DNA of 64,000 nt, from contig CM102289.1 in the NCBI GenBank assembly GCA_046563655.1, positions 5,084,001 to 5,148,000 on the forward strand, read 5' to 3'. Each line of letters starts with the position of its first letter. Position 1 is the stretch's first letter. This document shows positions 1-14,500 of this stretch, piece after piece. This DNA comes from Yuukianura sp. NJ FZ-2021. Taxonomy: Eukaryota. Both the position numbers and the translations under genes were made by a program. The notes under the pieces were generated by a model. The model was not told the origin of the DNA. It worked only from the letters and a program-made list of their open reading frames with translations, and made no database searches.

Positions 1-3000
1 TTGGAATTTAGTTGATTAGAAAGAGTGATTTTCCTACTAAACTTTTAACTTTTTGGAATTTGGAATTTAGTTGATTAGAAAGAGTGATTTTCCTACTAAA
101 CTTTTAACTTTTTGGAATTTGGAATTTAGTTGATTAGAAAGAGTGATTTTCCTACTAAACTTTTAACTTTTTGGAATTTGGAATTTAGTTGATTAGAAAG
201 AGTGATTTTCCTACTAAACTTTTAACTTTTTGGAATTTGGAATTTAGTTGATTAGAAAGAGTGATTTTCCTACTAAACTTTTAACTTTTTGGAATTTGGA
301 ATTTAGTTGATTAGAAAGAGTGATTTTCCTACTAAACTTTTAACTTTTTGGAATTTGGAATTTAGTTGATTAGAAAGAGTGATTTTCCTACTAAACTTTT
401 AACTTTTTGGAATTTGGAATTTAGTTGATTAGAAAGAGTGATTTTCCTACTAAACTTTTAACTTTTTGGAATTTGGAATTTAGTTGATTAGAAAGAGTGA
501 TTTTCCTACTAAACTTTTAACTTTTTGGAATTTGGAATTTAGTTGATTAGAAAGAGTGATTTTCCTACTAAACTTTTAACTTTTTGGAATTTGGAATTTA
601 GTTGATTAGAAAGAGTGATTTTCCTACTAAACTTTTAACTTTTTGGAATTTGGAATTTAGTTGATTAGAAAGAGTGATTTTCCTACTAAACTTTTAACTT
701 TTTGGAATTTGGAATTTAGTTGATTAGAAAGAGTGATTTTCCTACTAAACTTTTAACTTTTTGGAATTTGGAATTTAGTTGATTAGAAAGAGTGATTTTC
801 CTACTAAACTTTTAACTTTTTGGAATTTGGAATTTAGTTGATTAGAAAGAGTGATTTTCCTACTAAACTTTTAACTTTTTGGAATTTGGAATTTAGTTGA
901 TTAGAAAGAGTGATTTTCCTACTAAACTTTTAACTTTTTGGAATTTGGAATTTAGTTGATTAGAAAGAGTGATTTTCCTACTAAACTTTTAACTTTTTGG
1001 AATTTGGAATTTAGTTGATTAGAAAGAGTGATTTTCCTACTAAACTTTTAACTTTTTGGAATTTGGAATTTAGTTGATTAGAAAGAGTGATTTTCCTACT
1101 AAACTTTTAACTTTTTGGAATTTGGAATTTAGTTGATTAGAAAGAGTGATTTTCCTACTAAACTTTTAACTTTTTGGAATTTGGAATTTAGTTGATTAGA
1201 AAGAGTGATTTTCCTACTAAACTTTTAACTTTTTGGAATTTGGAATTTAGTTGATTAGAAAGAGTGATTTTCCTACTAAACTTTTAACTTTTTGGAATTT
1301 GGAATTTAGTTGATTAGAAAGAGTGATTTTCCTACTAAACTTTTAACTTTTTGGAATTTGGAATTTAGTTGATTAGAAAGAGTGATTTTCCTACTAAACT
1401 TTTAACTTTTTGGAATTTGGAATTTAGTTGATTAGAAAGAGTGATTTTCCTACTAAACTTTTAACTTTTTGGAATTTGGAATTTAGTTGATTAGAAAGAG
1501 TGATTTTCCTACTAAACTTTTAACTTTTTGGAATTTGGAATTTAGTTGATTAGAAAGAGTGATTTTCCTACTAAACTTTTAACTTTTTGGAATTTGGAAT
1601 TTAGTTGATTAGAAAGAGTGATTTTCCTACTAAACTTTTAACTTTTTGGAATTTGGAATTTAGTTGATTAGAAAGAGTGATTTTCCTACTAAACTTTTAA
1701 CTTTTTGGAATTTGGAATTTAGTTGATTAGAAAGAGTGATTTTCCTACTAAACTTTTAACTTTTTGGAATTTGGAATTTAGTTGATTAGAAAGAGTGATT
1801 TTCCTACTAAACTTTTAACTTTTTGGAATTTGGAATTTAGTTGATTAGAAAGAGTGATTTTCCTACTAAACTTTTAACTTTTTGGAATTTGGAATTTAGT
1901 TGATTAGAAAGAGTGATTTTCCTACTAAACTTTTAACTTTTTGGAATTTGGAATTTAGTTGATTAGAAAGAGTGATTTTCCTACTAAACTTTTAACTTTT
2001 TGGAATTTGGAATTTAGTTGATTAGAAAGAGTGATTTTCCTACTAAACTTTTAACTTTTTGGAATTTGGAATTTAGTTGATTAGAAAGAGTGATTTTCCT
2101 ACTAAACTTTTAACTTTTTGGAATTTGGAATTTAGTTGATTAGAAAGAGTGATTTTCCTACTAAACTTTTAACTTTTTGGAATTTGGAATTTAGTTGATT
2201 AGAAAGAGTGATTTTCCTACTAAACTTTTAACTTTTTGGAATTTGGAATTTAGTTGATTAGAAAGAGTGATTTTCCTACTAAACTTTTAACTTTTTGGAA
2301 TTTGGAATTTAGTTGATTAGAAAGAGTGATTTTCCTACTAAACTTTTAACTTTTTGGAATTTGGAATTTAGTTGATTAGAAAGAGTGATTTTCCTACTAA
2401 ACTTTTAACTTTTTGGAATTTGGAATTTAGTTGATTAGAAAGAGTGATTTTCCTACTAAACTTTTAACTTTTTGGAATTTGGAATTTAGTTGATTAGAAA
2501 GAGTGATTTTCCTACTAAACTTTTAACTTTTTGGAATTTGGAATTTAGTTGATTAGAAAGAGTGATTTTCCTACTAAACTTTTAACTTTTTGGAATTTGG
2601 AATTTAGTTGATTAGAAAGAGTGATTTTCCTACTAAACTTTTAACTTTTTGGAATTTGGAATTTAGTTGATTAGAAAGAGTGATTTTCCTACTAAACTTT
2701 TAACTTTTTGGAATTTGGAATTTAGTTGATTAGAAAGAGTGATTTTCCTACTAAACTTTTAACTTTTTGGAATTTGGAATTTAGTTGATTAGAAAGAGTG
2801 ATTTTCCTACTAAACTTTTAACTTTTTGGAATTTGGAATTTAGTTGATTAGAAAGAGTGATTTTCCTACTAAACTTTTAACTTTTTGGAATTTGGAATTT
2901 AGTTGATTAGAAAGAGTGATTTTCCTACTAAACTTTTAACTTTTTGGAATTTGGAATTTAGTTGATTAGAAAGAGTGATTTTCCTACTAAACTTTTAACT

Positions 3001-5442
3001 TTTTGGAATTTGGAATTTAGTTGATTAGAAAGAGTGATTTTCCTACTAAACTTTTAACTTTTTGGAATTTGGAATTTAGTTGATTAGAAAGAGTGATTTT
3101 CCTACTAAACTTTTAACTTTTTGGAATTTGGAATTTAGTTGATTAGAAAGAGTGATTTTCCTACTAAACTTTTAACTTTTTGGAATTTGGAATTTAGTTG
3201 ATTAGAAAGAGTGATTTTCCTACTAAACTTTTAACTTTTTGGAATTTGGAATTTAGTTGATTAGAAAGAGTGATTTTCCTACTAAACTTTTAACTTTTTG
3301 GAATTTGGAATTTAGTTGATTAGAAAGAGTGATTTTCCTACTAAACTTTTAACTTTTTGGAATTTGGAATTTAGTTGATTAGAAAGAGTGATTTTCCTAC
3401 TAAACTTTTAACTTTTTGGAATTTGGAATTTAGTTGATTAGAAAGAGTGATTTTCCTACTAAACTTTTAACTTTTTGGAATTTGGAATTTAGTTGATTAG
3501 AAAGAGTGATTTTCCTACTAAACTTTTAACTTTTTGGAATTTGGAATTTAGTTGATTAGAAAGAGTGATTTTCCTACTAAACTTTTAACTTTTTGGAATT
3601 TGGAATTTAGTTGATTAGAAAGAGTGATTTTCCTACTAAACTTTTAACTTTTTGGAATTTGGAATTTAGTTGATTAGAAAGAGTGATTTTCCTACTAAAC
3701 TTTTAACTTTTTGGAATTTGGAATTTAGTTGATTAGAAAGAGTGATTTTCCTACTAAACTTTTAACTTTTTGGAATTTGGAATTTAGTTGATTAGAAAGA
3801 GTGATTTTCCTACTAAACTTTTAACTTTTTGGAATTTGGAATTTAGTTGATTAGAAAGAGTGATTTTCCTACTAAACTTTTAACTTTTTGGAATTTGGAA
3901 TTTAGTTGATTAGAAAGAGTGATTTTCCTACTAAACTTTTAACTTTTTGGAATTTGGAATTTAGTTGATTAGAAAGAGTGATTTTCCTACTAAACTTTTA
4001 ACTTTTTGGAATTTGGAATTTAGTTGATTAGAAAGAGTGATTTTCCTACTAAACTTTTAACTTTTTGGAATTTGGAATTTAGTTGATTAGAAAGAGTGAT
4101 TTTCCTACTAAACTTTTAACTTTTTGGAATTTGGAATTTAGTTGATTAGAAAGAGTGATTTTCCTACTAAACTTTTAACTTTTTGGAATTTGGAATTTAG
4201 TTGATTAGAAAGAGTGATTTTCCTACTAAACTTTTAACTTTTTGGAATTTGGAATTTAGTTGATTAGAAAGAGTGATTTTCCTACTAAACTTTTAACTTT
4301 TTGGAATTTGGAATTTAGTTGATTAGAAAGAGTGATTTTCCTACTAAACTTTTAACTTTTTGGAATTTGGAATTTAGTTGATTAGAAAGAGTGATTTTCC
4401 TACTAAACTTTTAACTTTTTGGAATTTGGAATTTAGTTGATTAGAAAGAGTGATTTTCCTACTAAACTTTTAACTTTTTGGAATTTGGAATTTAGTTGAT
4501 TAGAAAGAGTGATTTTCCTACTAAACTTTTAACTTTTTGGAATTTGGAATTTAGTTGATTAGAAAGAGTGATTTTCCTACTAAACTTTTAACTTTTTGGA
4601 ATTTGGAATTTAGTTGATTAGAAAGAGTGATTTTCCTACTAAACTTTTAACTTTTTGGAATTTGGAATTTAGTTGATTAGAAAGAGTGATTTTCCTACTA
4701 AACTTTTAACTTTTTGGAATTTGGAATTTAGTTGATTAGAAAGAGTGATTTTCCTACTAAACTTTTAACTTTTTGGAATTTGGAATTTAGTTGATTAGAA
4801 AGAGTGATTTTCCTACTAAACTTTTAACTTTTTGGAATTTGGAATTTAGTTGATTAGAAAGAGTGATTTTCCTACTAAACTTTTAACTTTTTGGAATTTG
4901 GAATTTAGTTGATTAGAAAGAGTGATTTTCCTACTAAACTTTTAACTTTTTGGAATTTGGAATTTAGTTGATTAGAAAGAGTGATTTTCCTACTAAACTT
5001 TTAACTTTTTGGAATTTGGAATTTAGTTGATTAGAAAGAGTGATTTTCCTACTAAACTTTTAACTTTTTGGAATTTGGAATTTAGTTGATTAGAAAGAGT
5101 GATTTTCCTACTAAACTTTTAACTTTTTGGAATTTGGAATTTAGTTGATTAGAAAGAGTGATTTTCCTACTAAACTTTTAACTTTTTGGAATTTGGAATT
5201 TAGTTGATTAGAAAGAGTGATTTTCCTACTAAACTTTTAACTTTTTGGAATTTGGAATTTAGTTGATTAGAAAGAGTGATTTTCCTACTAAACTTTTAAC
5301 TTTTTGGAATTTGGAATTTAGTTGATTAGAAAGAGTGATTTTCCTACTAAACTTTTAACTTTTTGGAATTTGGAATTTAGTTGATTAGAAAGAGTGATTT
5401 TCCTACTAAACTTTTAACTTTTTGGAATTTGGAATTTAGTTG

Positions 5443-5542
5443 NNNNNNNNNNNNNNNNNNNNNNNNNNNNNNNNNNNNNNNNNNNNNNNNNNNNNNNNNN
5501 NNNNNNNNNNNNNNNNNNNNNNNNNNNNNNNNNNNNNNNNNN
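5443..5542. other. Assembly gap (100 N) inside the satellite
   Basis: Run of exactly 100 N, typical placeholder for a gap of unknown size. Confidence 0.99.
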
Positions 5543-8500
5543 AATTTAGTTGATTAGAAAGAGTGATTTTCCTACTAAACTTTTAACTTTTTGGAATTTG
5601 GAATTTAGTTGATTAGAAAGAGTGATTTTCCTACTAAACTTTTAACTTTTTGGAATTTGGAATTTAGTTGATTAGAAAGAGTGATTTTCCTACTAAACTT
5701 TTAACTTTTTGGAATTTGGAATTTAGTTGATTAGAAAGAGTGATTTTCCTACTAAACTTTTAACTTTTTGGAATTTGGAATTTAGTTGATTAGAAAGAGT
5801 GATTTTCCTACTAAACTTTTAACTTTTTGGAATTTGGAATTTAGTTGATTAGAAAGAGTGATTTTCCTACTAAACTTTTAACTTTTTGGAATTTGGAATT
5901 TAGTTGATTAGAAAGAGTGATTTTCCTACTAAACTTTTAACTTTTTGGAATTTGGAATTTAGTTGATTAGAAAGAGTGATTTTCCTACTAAACTTTTAAC
6001 TTTTTGGAATTTGGAATTTAGTTGATTAGAAAGAGTGATTTTCCTACTAAACTTTTAACTTTTTGGAATTTGGAATTTAGTTGATTAGAAAGAGTGATTT
6101 TCCTACTAAACTTTTAACTTTTTGGAATTTGGAATTTAGTTGATTAGAAAGAGTGATTTTCCTACTAAACTTTTAACTTTTTGGAATTTGGAATTTAGTT
6201 GATTAGAAAGAGTGATTTTCCTACTAAACTTTTAACTTTTTGGAATTTGGAATTTAGTTGATTAGAAAGAGTGATTTTCCTACTAAACTTTTAACTTTTT
6301 GGAATTTGGAATTTAGTTGATTAGAAAGAGTGATTTTCCTACTAAACTTTTAACTTTTTGGAATTTGGAATTTAGTTGATTAGAAAGAGTGATTTTCCTA
6401 CTAAACTTTTAACTTTTTGGAATTTGGAATTTAGTTGATTAGAAAGAGTGATTTTCCTACTAAACTTTTAACTTTTTGGAATTTGGAATTTAGTTGATTA
6501 GAAAGAGTGATTTTCCTACTAAACTTTTAACTTTTTGGAATTTGGAATTTAGTTGATTAGAAAGAGTGATTTTCCTACTAAACTTTTAACTTTTTGGAAT
6601 TTGGAATTTAGTTGATTAGAAAGAGTGATTTTCCTACTAAACTTTTAACTTTTTGGAATTTGGAATTTAGTTGATTAGAAAGAGTGATTTTCCTACTAAA
6701 CTTTTAACTTTTTGGAATTTGGAATTTAGTTGATTAGAAAGAGTGATTTTCCTACTAAACTTTTAACTTTTTGGAATTTGGAATTTAGTTGATTAGAAAG
6801 AGTGATTTTCCTACTAAACTTTTAACTTTTTGGAATTTGGAATTTAGTTGATTAGAAAGAGTGATTTTCCTACTAAACTTTTAACTTTTTGGAATTTGGA
6901 ATTTAGTTGATTAGAAAGAGTGATTTTCCTACTAAACTTTTAACTTTTTGGAATTTGGAATTTAGTTGATTAGAAAGAGTGATTTTCCTACTAAACTTTT
7001 AACTTTTTGGAATTTGGAATTTAGTTGATTAGAAAGAGTGATTTTCCTACTAAACTTTTAACTTTTTGGAATTTGGAATTTAGTTGATTAGAAAGAGTGA
7101 TTTTCCTACTAAACTTTTAACTTTTTGGAATTTGGAATTTAGTTGATTAGAAAGAGTGATTTTCCTACTAAACTTTTAACTTTTTGGAATTTGGAATTTA
7201 GTTGATTAGAAAGAGTGATTTTCCTACTAAACTTTTAACTTTTTGGAATTTGGAATTTAGTTGATTAGAAAGAGTGATTTTCCTACTAAACTTTTAACTT
7301 TTTTGGAATTTGGAATTTAGTTGATTAGAAAGAGTGATTTTCCTACTAAACTTTTAACTTTTTGGAATTTGGAATTTAGTTGATTAGAAAGAGTGATTTT
7401 CCTACTAAACTTTTAACTTTTTGGAATTTGGAATTTAGTTGATTAGAAAGAGTGATTTTCCTACTAAACTTTTAACTTTTTGGAATTTGGAATTTAGTTG
7501 ATTAGAAAGAGTGATTTTCCTACTAAACTTTTAACTTTTTGGAATTTGGAATTTAGTTGATTAGAAAGAGTGATTTTCCTACTAAACTTTTAACTTTTTG
7601 GAATTTGGAATTTAGTTGATTAGAAAGAGTGATTTTCCTACTAAACTTTTAACTTTTTGGAATTTGGAATTTAGTTGATTAGAAAGAGTGATTTTCCTAC
7701 TAAACTTTTAACTTTTTGGAATTTGGAATTTAGTTGATTAGAAAGAGTGATTTTCCTACTAAACTTTTAACTTTTTAGAATTTGGAATTTAGTTGATTAG
7801 AAAGAGTGATTTTCCTACTAAACTTTTAACTTTTTAGAATTTGGAATTTAGTTGATTAGAAAGAGTGATTTTCCTACTAAACTTTTAACTTTTTAGAATT
7901 TGGACTTATGTTGATTAGAAAGAGTGATTTTCCTACTAAACTTTTAACTTTTTAGAATTTGGAATTTAGTTGATTAGAAAGAGTGATTTTCCTACTAAAC
8001 TTTTAACTTTTTAGAATTTGGAATTTAGTTGATTAGAAAGAGTGATTTTCCTACTAAACTTTTAACTTTTTAGAATTTGGACTTATGTTGATTAGAAAGA
8101 GTGATTTTCCTACTAAACTTTTAACTTTTTGGAATTTGGAATTTAGTTGATTAGAAAGAGTGATTTTCCTACTAAACTTTTAACTTTTTGGAATTTGGAA
8201 TTTAGTTGATTAGAAAGAGTGATTTTCCTACTAAACTTTTAACTTTTTGGAATTTGGAATTTAGTTGATTAGAAAGAGTGATTTTCCTACTAAACTTTTA
8301 ACTTTTTGGAATTTGGAATTTAGTTGATTAGAAAGAGTGATTTTCCTACTAAACTTTTAACTTTTTGGAATTTGGAATTTAGTTGATTAGAAAGAGTGAT
8401 TTTCCTACTAAACTTTTAACTTTTTGGAATTTGGAATTTAGTTGATTAGAAAGAGTGATTTTCCTACTAAACTTTTAACTTTTTGGAATTTGGAATTTAG

Positions 8501-11500
8501 TTGATTAGAAAGAGTGATTTTCCTACTAAACTTTTAACTTTTTGGAATTTGGAATTTAGTTGATTAGAAAGAGTGATTTTCCTACTAAACTTTTAACTTT
8601 TTGGAATTTGGAATTTAGTTGATTAGAAAGAGTGATTTTCCTACTAAAATTTTAACGTTTTAGAATTTGGAATTTAGTTGATTAGAAAGAGTGATTTTCC
8701 TACTAAACTTTTAACCTTTTGGAATTTGGAATTTAGTTGATTAGAAAGAGTGATTTTCCTACTAAACTTTTAACTTTTTGGAATTTGGAATTTAGTTGAT
8801 TAGAAAGAGTGATTTTCCTACTAAACTTTTAACTTTTTGGAATTTGGAATTTAGTTGATTAGAAAGAGTGATTTTCCTACTAAACTTTTAACTTTTTGGA
8901 ATTTGGAATTTAGTTGATTAGAAAGAGTGATTTTCCTACTAAACTTTTAACTTTTTGGAATTTGGAATTTAGTTGATTAGAAAGAGTGATTTTCCTACTA
9001 AACTTTTAACTTTTTGGAATTTGGAATTTAGTTGATTAGAAAGAGTGATTTTCCTACTAAACTTTTAACTTTTTGGAATTTGGAATTTAGTTGATTAGAA
9101 AGAGTGATTTTCCTACTAAACTTTTAACTTTTTGGAATTTGGAATTTAGTTGATTAGAAAGAGTGATTTTCCTACTAAACTTTTAACTTTTTGGAATTTG
9201 GAATTTAGTTGATTAGAAAGAGTGATTTTCCTACTAAACTTTTAACTTTTTGGAATTTGGAATTTAGTTGATTAGAAAGAGTGATTTTCCTACTAAACTT
9301 TTAACTTTTTGGAATTTGGAATTTAGTTGATTAGAAAGAGTGATTTTCCTACTAAACTTTTAACTTTTTGGAATTTGGAATTTAGTTGATTAGAAAGAGT
9401 GATTTTCCTACTAAACTTTTAACTTTTTGGAATTTGGAATTTAGTTGATTAGAAAGAGTGATTTTCCTACTAAAATTTTAACGTTTTAGAATTTGGAATT
9501 TAGTTGATTAGAAAGAGTGATTTTCCTACTAAACTTTTAACCTTTTGGAATTTGGAATTTAGTTGATTAGAAAGAGTGATTTTCCTACTAAACTTTTAAC
9601 TTTTTGGAATTTGGAATTTAGTTGATTAGAAAGAGTGATTTTCCTACTAAACTTTTAACTTTTTGGAATTTGGAATTTAGTTGATTAGAAAGAGTGATTT
9701 TCCTACTAAACTTTTAACTTTTTGGAATTTGGAATTTAGTTGATTAGAAAGAGTGATTTTCCTACTAAACTTTTAACTTTTTGGAATTTGGAATTTAGTT
9801 GATTAGAAAGAGTGATTTTCCTACTAAACTTTTAACTTTTTGGAATTTGGAATTGATTAGAAAGAGTGATTTTCCTACTAAACTTTTAACTTTTTGGAAT
9901 TTGGAATTTAGTTGATTAGAAAGAGTGATTTTCCTACTAAACTTTTAACTTTTTGGAATTTGGAATTTAGTTGATTAGAAAGAGTGATTTTCCTACTAAA
10001 CTTTTAACTTTTTGGAATTTGGAATTTAGTTGATTAGAAAGAGTGATTTTCCTACTAAACTTTTAACTTTTTGGAATTTGGAATTTAGTTGATTAGAAAG
10101 AGTGATTTTCCTACTAAACTTTTAACTTTTTGGAATTTGGAATTTAGTTGATTAGAAAGAGTGATTTTCCTACTAAACTTTTAACTTTTTGGAATTTGGA
10201 ATTTAGTTGATTAGAAAGAGTGATTTTCCTACTAAACTTTTAACTTTTTGGAATTTGGAATTTAGTTGATTAGAAAGAGTGATTTTCCTACTAAACTTTT
10301 AACTTTTTGGAATTTGGAATTTAGTTGATTAGAAAGAGTGATTTTCCTACTAAACTTTTAACTTTTTGGAATTTGGAATTTAGTTGATTAGAAAGAGTGA
10401 TTTTCCTACTAAACTTTTAACTTTTTGGAATTTGGAATTTAGTTGATTAGAAAGAGTGATTTTCCTACTAAACTTTTAACTTTTTGGAATTTGGAATTTA
10501 GTTGATTAGAAAGAGTGATTTTCCTACTAAACTTTTAACTTTTTGGAATTTGGAATTTAGTTGATTAGAAAGAGTGATTTTCCTACTAAACTTTTAACTT
10601 TTTGGAATTTGGAATTTAGTTGATTAGAAAGAGTGATTTTCCTACTAAACTTTTAACTTTTTGGAATTTGGAATTTAGTTGATTAGAAAGAGTGATTTTC
10701 CTACTAAACTTTTAACTTTTTGGAATTTGGAATTTAGTTGATTAGAAAGAGTGATTTTCCTACTAAACTTTTAACTTTTTGGAATTTGGAATTTAGTTGA
10801 TTAGAAAGAGTGATTTTCCTACTAAACTTTTAACTTTTTGGAATTTGGAATTTAGTTGATTAGAAAGAGTGATTTTCCTACTAAACTTTTAACTTTTTGG
10901 AATTTGGAATTTAGTTGATTAGAAAGAGTGATTTTCCTACTAAACTTTTAACTTTTTGGAATTTGGAATTTAGTTGATTAGAAAGAGTGATTTTCCTACT
11001 AAACTTTTAACTTTTTGGAATTTGGAATTTAGTTGATTAGAAAGAGTGATTTTCCTACTAAACTTTTAACTTTTTGGAATTTGGAATTTAGTTGATTAGA
11101 AAGAGTGATTTTCCTACTAAACTTTTAACTTTTTGGAATTTGGAATTTAGTTGATTAGAAAGAGTGATTTTCCTACTAAACTTTTAACTTTTTGGAATTT
11201 GGAATTTAGTTGATTAGAAAGAGTGATTTTCCTACTAAACTTTTAACTTTTTGGAATTTGGAATTTAGTTGATTAGAAAGAGTGATTTTCCTACTAAACT
11301 TTTAACTTTTTGGAATTTGGAATTTAGTTGATTAGAAAGAGTGATTTTCCTACTAAACTTTTAACTTTTTGGAATTTGGAATTTAGTTGATTAGAAAGAG
11401 TGATTTTCCTACTAAACTTTTAACTTTTTGGAATTTGGAATTTAGTTGATTAGAAAGAGTGATTTTCCTACTAAACTTTTAACTTTTTGGAATTTGGAAT

Positions 11501-14500
11501 TTAGTTGATTAGAAAGAGTGATTTTCCTACTAAACTTTTAACTTTTTGGAATTTGGAATTTAGTTGATTAGAAAGAGTGATTTTCCTACTAAACTTTTAA
11601 CTTTTTGGAATTTGGAATTTAGTTGATTAGAAAGAGTGATTTTCCTACTAAACTTTTAACTTTTTGGAATTTGGAATTTAGTTGATTAGAAAGAGTGATT
11701 TTCCTACTAAACTTTTAACTTTTTGGAATTTGGAATTTAGTTGATTAGAAAGAGTGATTTTCCTACTAAACTTTTAACTTTTTGGAATTTGGAATTTAGT
11801 TGATTAGAAAGAGTGATTTTCCTACTAAACTTTTAACTTTTTGGAATTTGGAATTTAGTTGATTAGAAAGAGTGATTTTCCTACTAAACTTTTAACTTTT
11901 TGGAATTTGGAATTTAGTTGATTAGAAAGAGTGATTTTCCTACTAAACTTTTAACTTTTTGGAATTTGGAATTTAGTTGATTAGAAAGAGTGATTTTCCT
12001 ACTAAACTTTTAACTTTTTGGAATTTGGAATTTAGTTGATTAGAAAGAGTGATTTTCCTACTAAACTTTTAACTTTTTGGAATTTGGAATTTAGTTGATT
12101 AGAAAGAGTGATTTTCCTACTAAACTTTTAACTTTTTGGAATTTGGAATTTAGTTGATTAGAAAGAGTGATTTTCCTACTAAACTTTTAACTTTTTGGAA
12201 TTTGGAATTTAGTTGATTAGAAAGAGTGATTTTCCTACTAAACTTTTAACTTTTTGGAATTTGGAATTTAGTTGATTAGAAAGAGTGATTTTCCTACTAA
12301 ACTTTTAACTTTTTGGAATTTGGAATTTAGTTGATTAGAAAGAGTGATTTTCCTACTAAACTTTTAACTTTTTGGAATTTGGAATTTAGTTGATTAGAAA
12401 GAGTGATTTTCCTACTAAACTTTTAACTTTTTGGAATTTGGAATTTAGTTGATTAGAAAGAGTGATTTTCCTACTAAACTTTTAACTTTTTGGAATTTGG
12501 AATTTAGTTGATTAGAAAGAGTGATTTTCCTACTAAACTTTTAACTTTTTGGAATTTGGAATTTAGTTGATTAGAAAGAGTGATTTTCCTACTAAACTTT
12601 TAACTTTTTAGAATTTGGAATTTAGTTGATTAGAAAGAGTGATTTTCCTACTAAACTTTTAACTTTTTAGAATTTGGAATTTAGTTGATTAGAAAGAGTG
12701 ATTTTCCTACTAAACTTTTAACTTTTTAGAATTTGGACTTATGTTGATTAGAAAGAGTGATTTTCCTACTAAACTTTTAACTTTTTGGAATTTGGAATTT
12801 AGTTGATTAGAAAGAGTGATTTTCCTACTAAACTTTTAACTTTTTGGAATTTGGAATTTAGTTGATTAGAAAGAGTGATTTTCCTACTAAAATTTTAACT
12901 TTTTAGAATTTAGTTGATTAGAAAGAGTGATTTTCCTACTAAACTTTTAACTTTTTGGAATTTGGAATTTAGTTGATTAGAAAGAGTGATTTTCCTACTA
13001 AACTTTTAACTTTTTGGAATTTGGAATTTAGTTGATTAGAAAGAGTGATTTTCCTACTAAACTTTTAACTTTTTGGAATTTGGAATTTAGTTGATTAGAA
13101 AGAGTGATTTTCCTACTAAACTTTTAACTTTTTGGAATTTGGAATTTAGTTGATTAGAAAGAGTGATTTTCCTACTAAACTTTTAACTTTTTGGAATTTG
13201 GAATTTAGTTGATTAGAAAGAGTGATTTTCCTACTAAACTTTTAACTTTTTGGAATTTGGAATTTAGTTGATTAGAAAGAGTGATTTTCCTACTAAACTT
13301 TTAACTTTTTGGAATTTGGAATTTAGTTGATTAGAAAGAGTGATTTTCCTACTAAACTTTTAACTTTTTGGAATTTGGAATTTAGTTGATTAGAAAGAGT
13401 GATTTTCCTACTAAACTTTTAACTTTTTGGAATTTGGAATTTAGTGGATTAGAAAGAGTGATTTTCCTACTAAACTTTTAACTTTTTGGAATTTGGAATT
13501 TAGTTGATTAGAAAGAGTGATTTTCCTACTAAACTTTTAACTTTTTGGAATTTGGAATTTAGTTGATTAGAAAGAGTGATTTTCCTACTAAACTTTTAAC
13601 TTTTTGGAATTTGGAATTTAGTTGATTAGAAAGAGTGATTTTCCTACAAAACTTTTAACTTTTTGGAATTTGGAATTTAGTTGATTAGAAAGAGTGATTT
13701 TCCTACTAAACTTTTAACTTTTTGGAATTTGGAATTTAGTTGATTAGAAAGAGTGATTTTCCTACTAAACTTTTAACTTTTTGGAATTTGGAATTTAGTT
13801 GATTAGAAAGAGTGATTTTCCTACTAAACTTTTAACTTTTTGGAATTTGGAATTTAGTTGATTAGAAAGAGTGATTTTCCTACTAAACTTTTAACTTTTT
13901 GGAATTTGGAATTTAGTTGATTAGAAAGAGTGATTTTCCTACTAAACTTTTAACTTTTTGGAATTTGGAATTTAGTTGATTAGAAAGAGTGATTTTCCTA
14001 CTAAACTTTTAACTTTTTGGAATTTGGAATTTAGTTGATTAGAAAGAGTGATTTTCCTACTAAACTTTTAACTTTTTGGAATTTGGAATTTAGTTGATTA
14101 GAAAGAGTGATTTTCCTACTAAACTTTTAACTTTTTGGAATTTGGAATTTAGTTGATTAGAAAGAGTGATTTTCCTACTAAACTTTTAACTTTTTGGAAT
14201 TTGGAATTTAGTTGATTAGAAAGAGTGATTTTCCTACTAAACTTTTAACTTTTTGGAATTTGGAATTTAGTTGATTAGAAAGAGTGATTTTCCTACTAAA
14301 CTTTTAACTTTTTGGAATTTGGAATTTAGTTGATTAGAAAGAGTGATTTTCCTACTAAACTTTTAACTTTTTGGAATTTGGAATTTAGTTGATTAGAAAG
14401 AGTGATTTTCCTACTAAACTTTTAACTTTTTGGAATTTGGAATTTAGTTGATTAGAAAGAGTGATTTTCCTACTAAACTTTTAACTTTTTGGAATTTGGA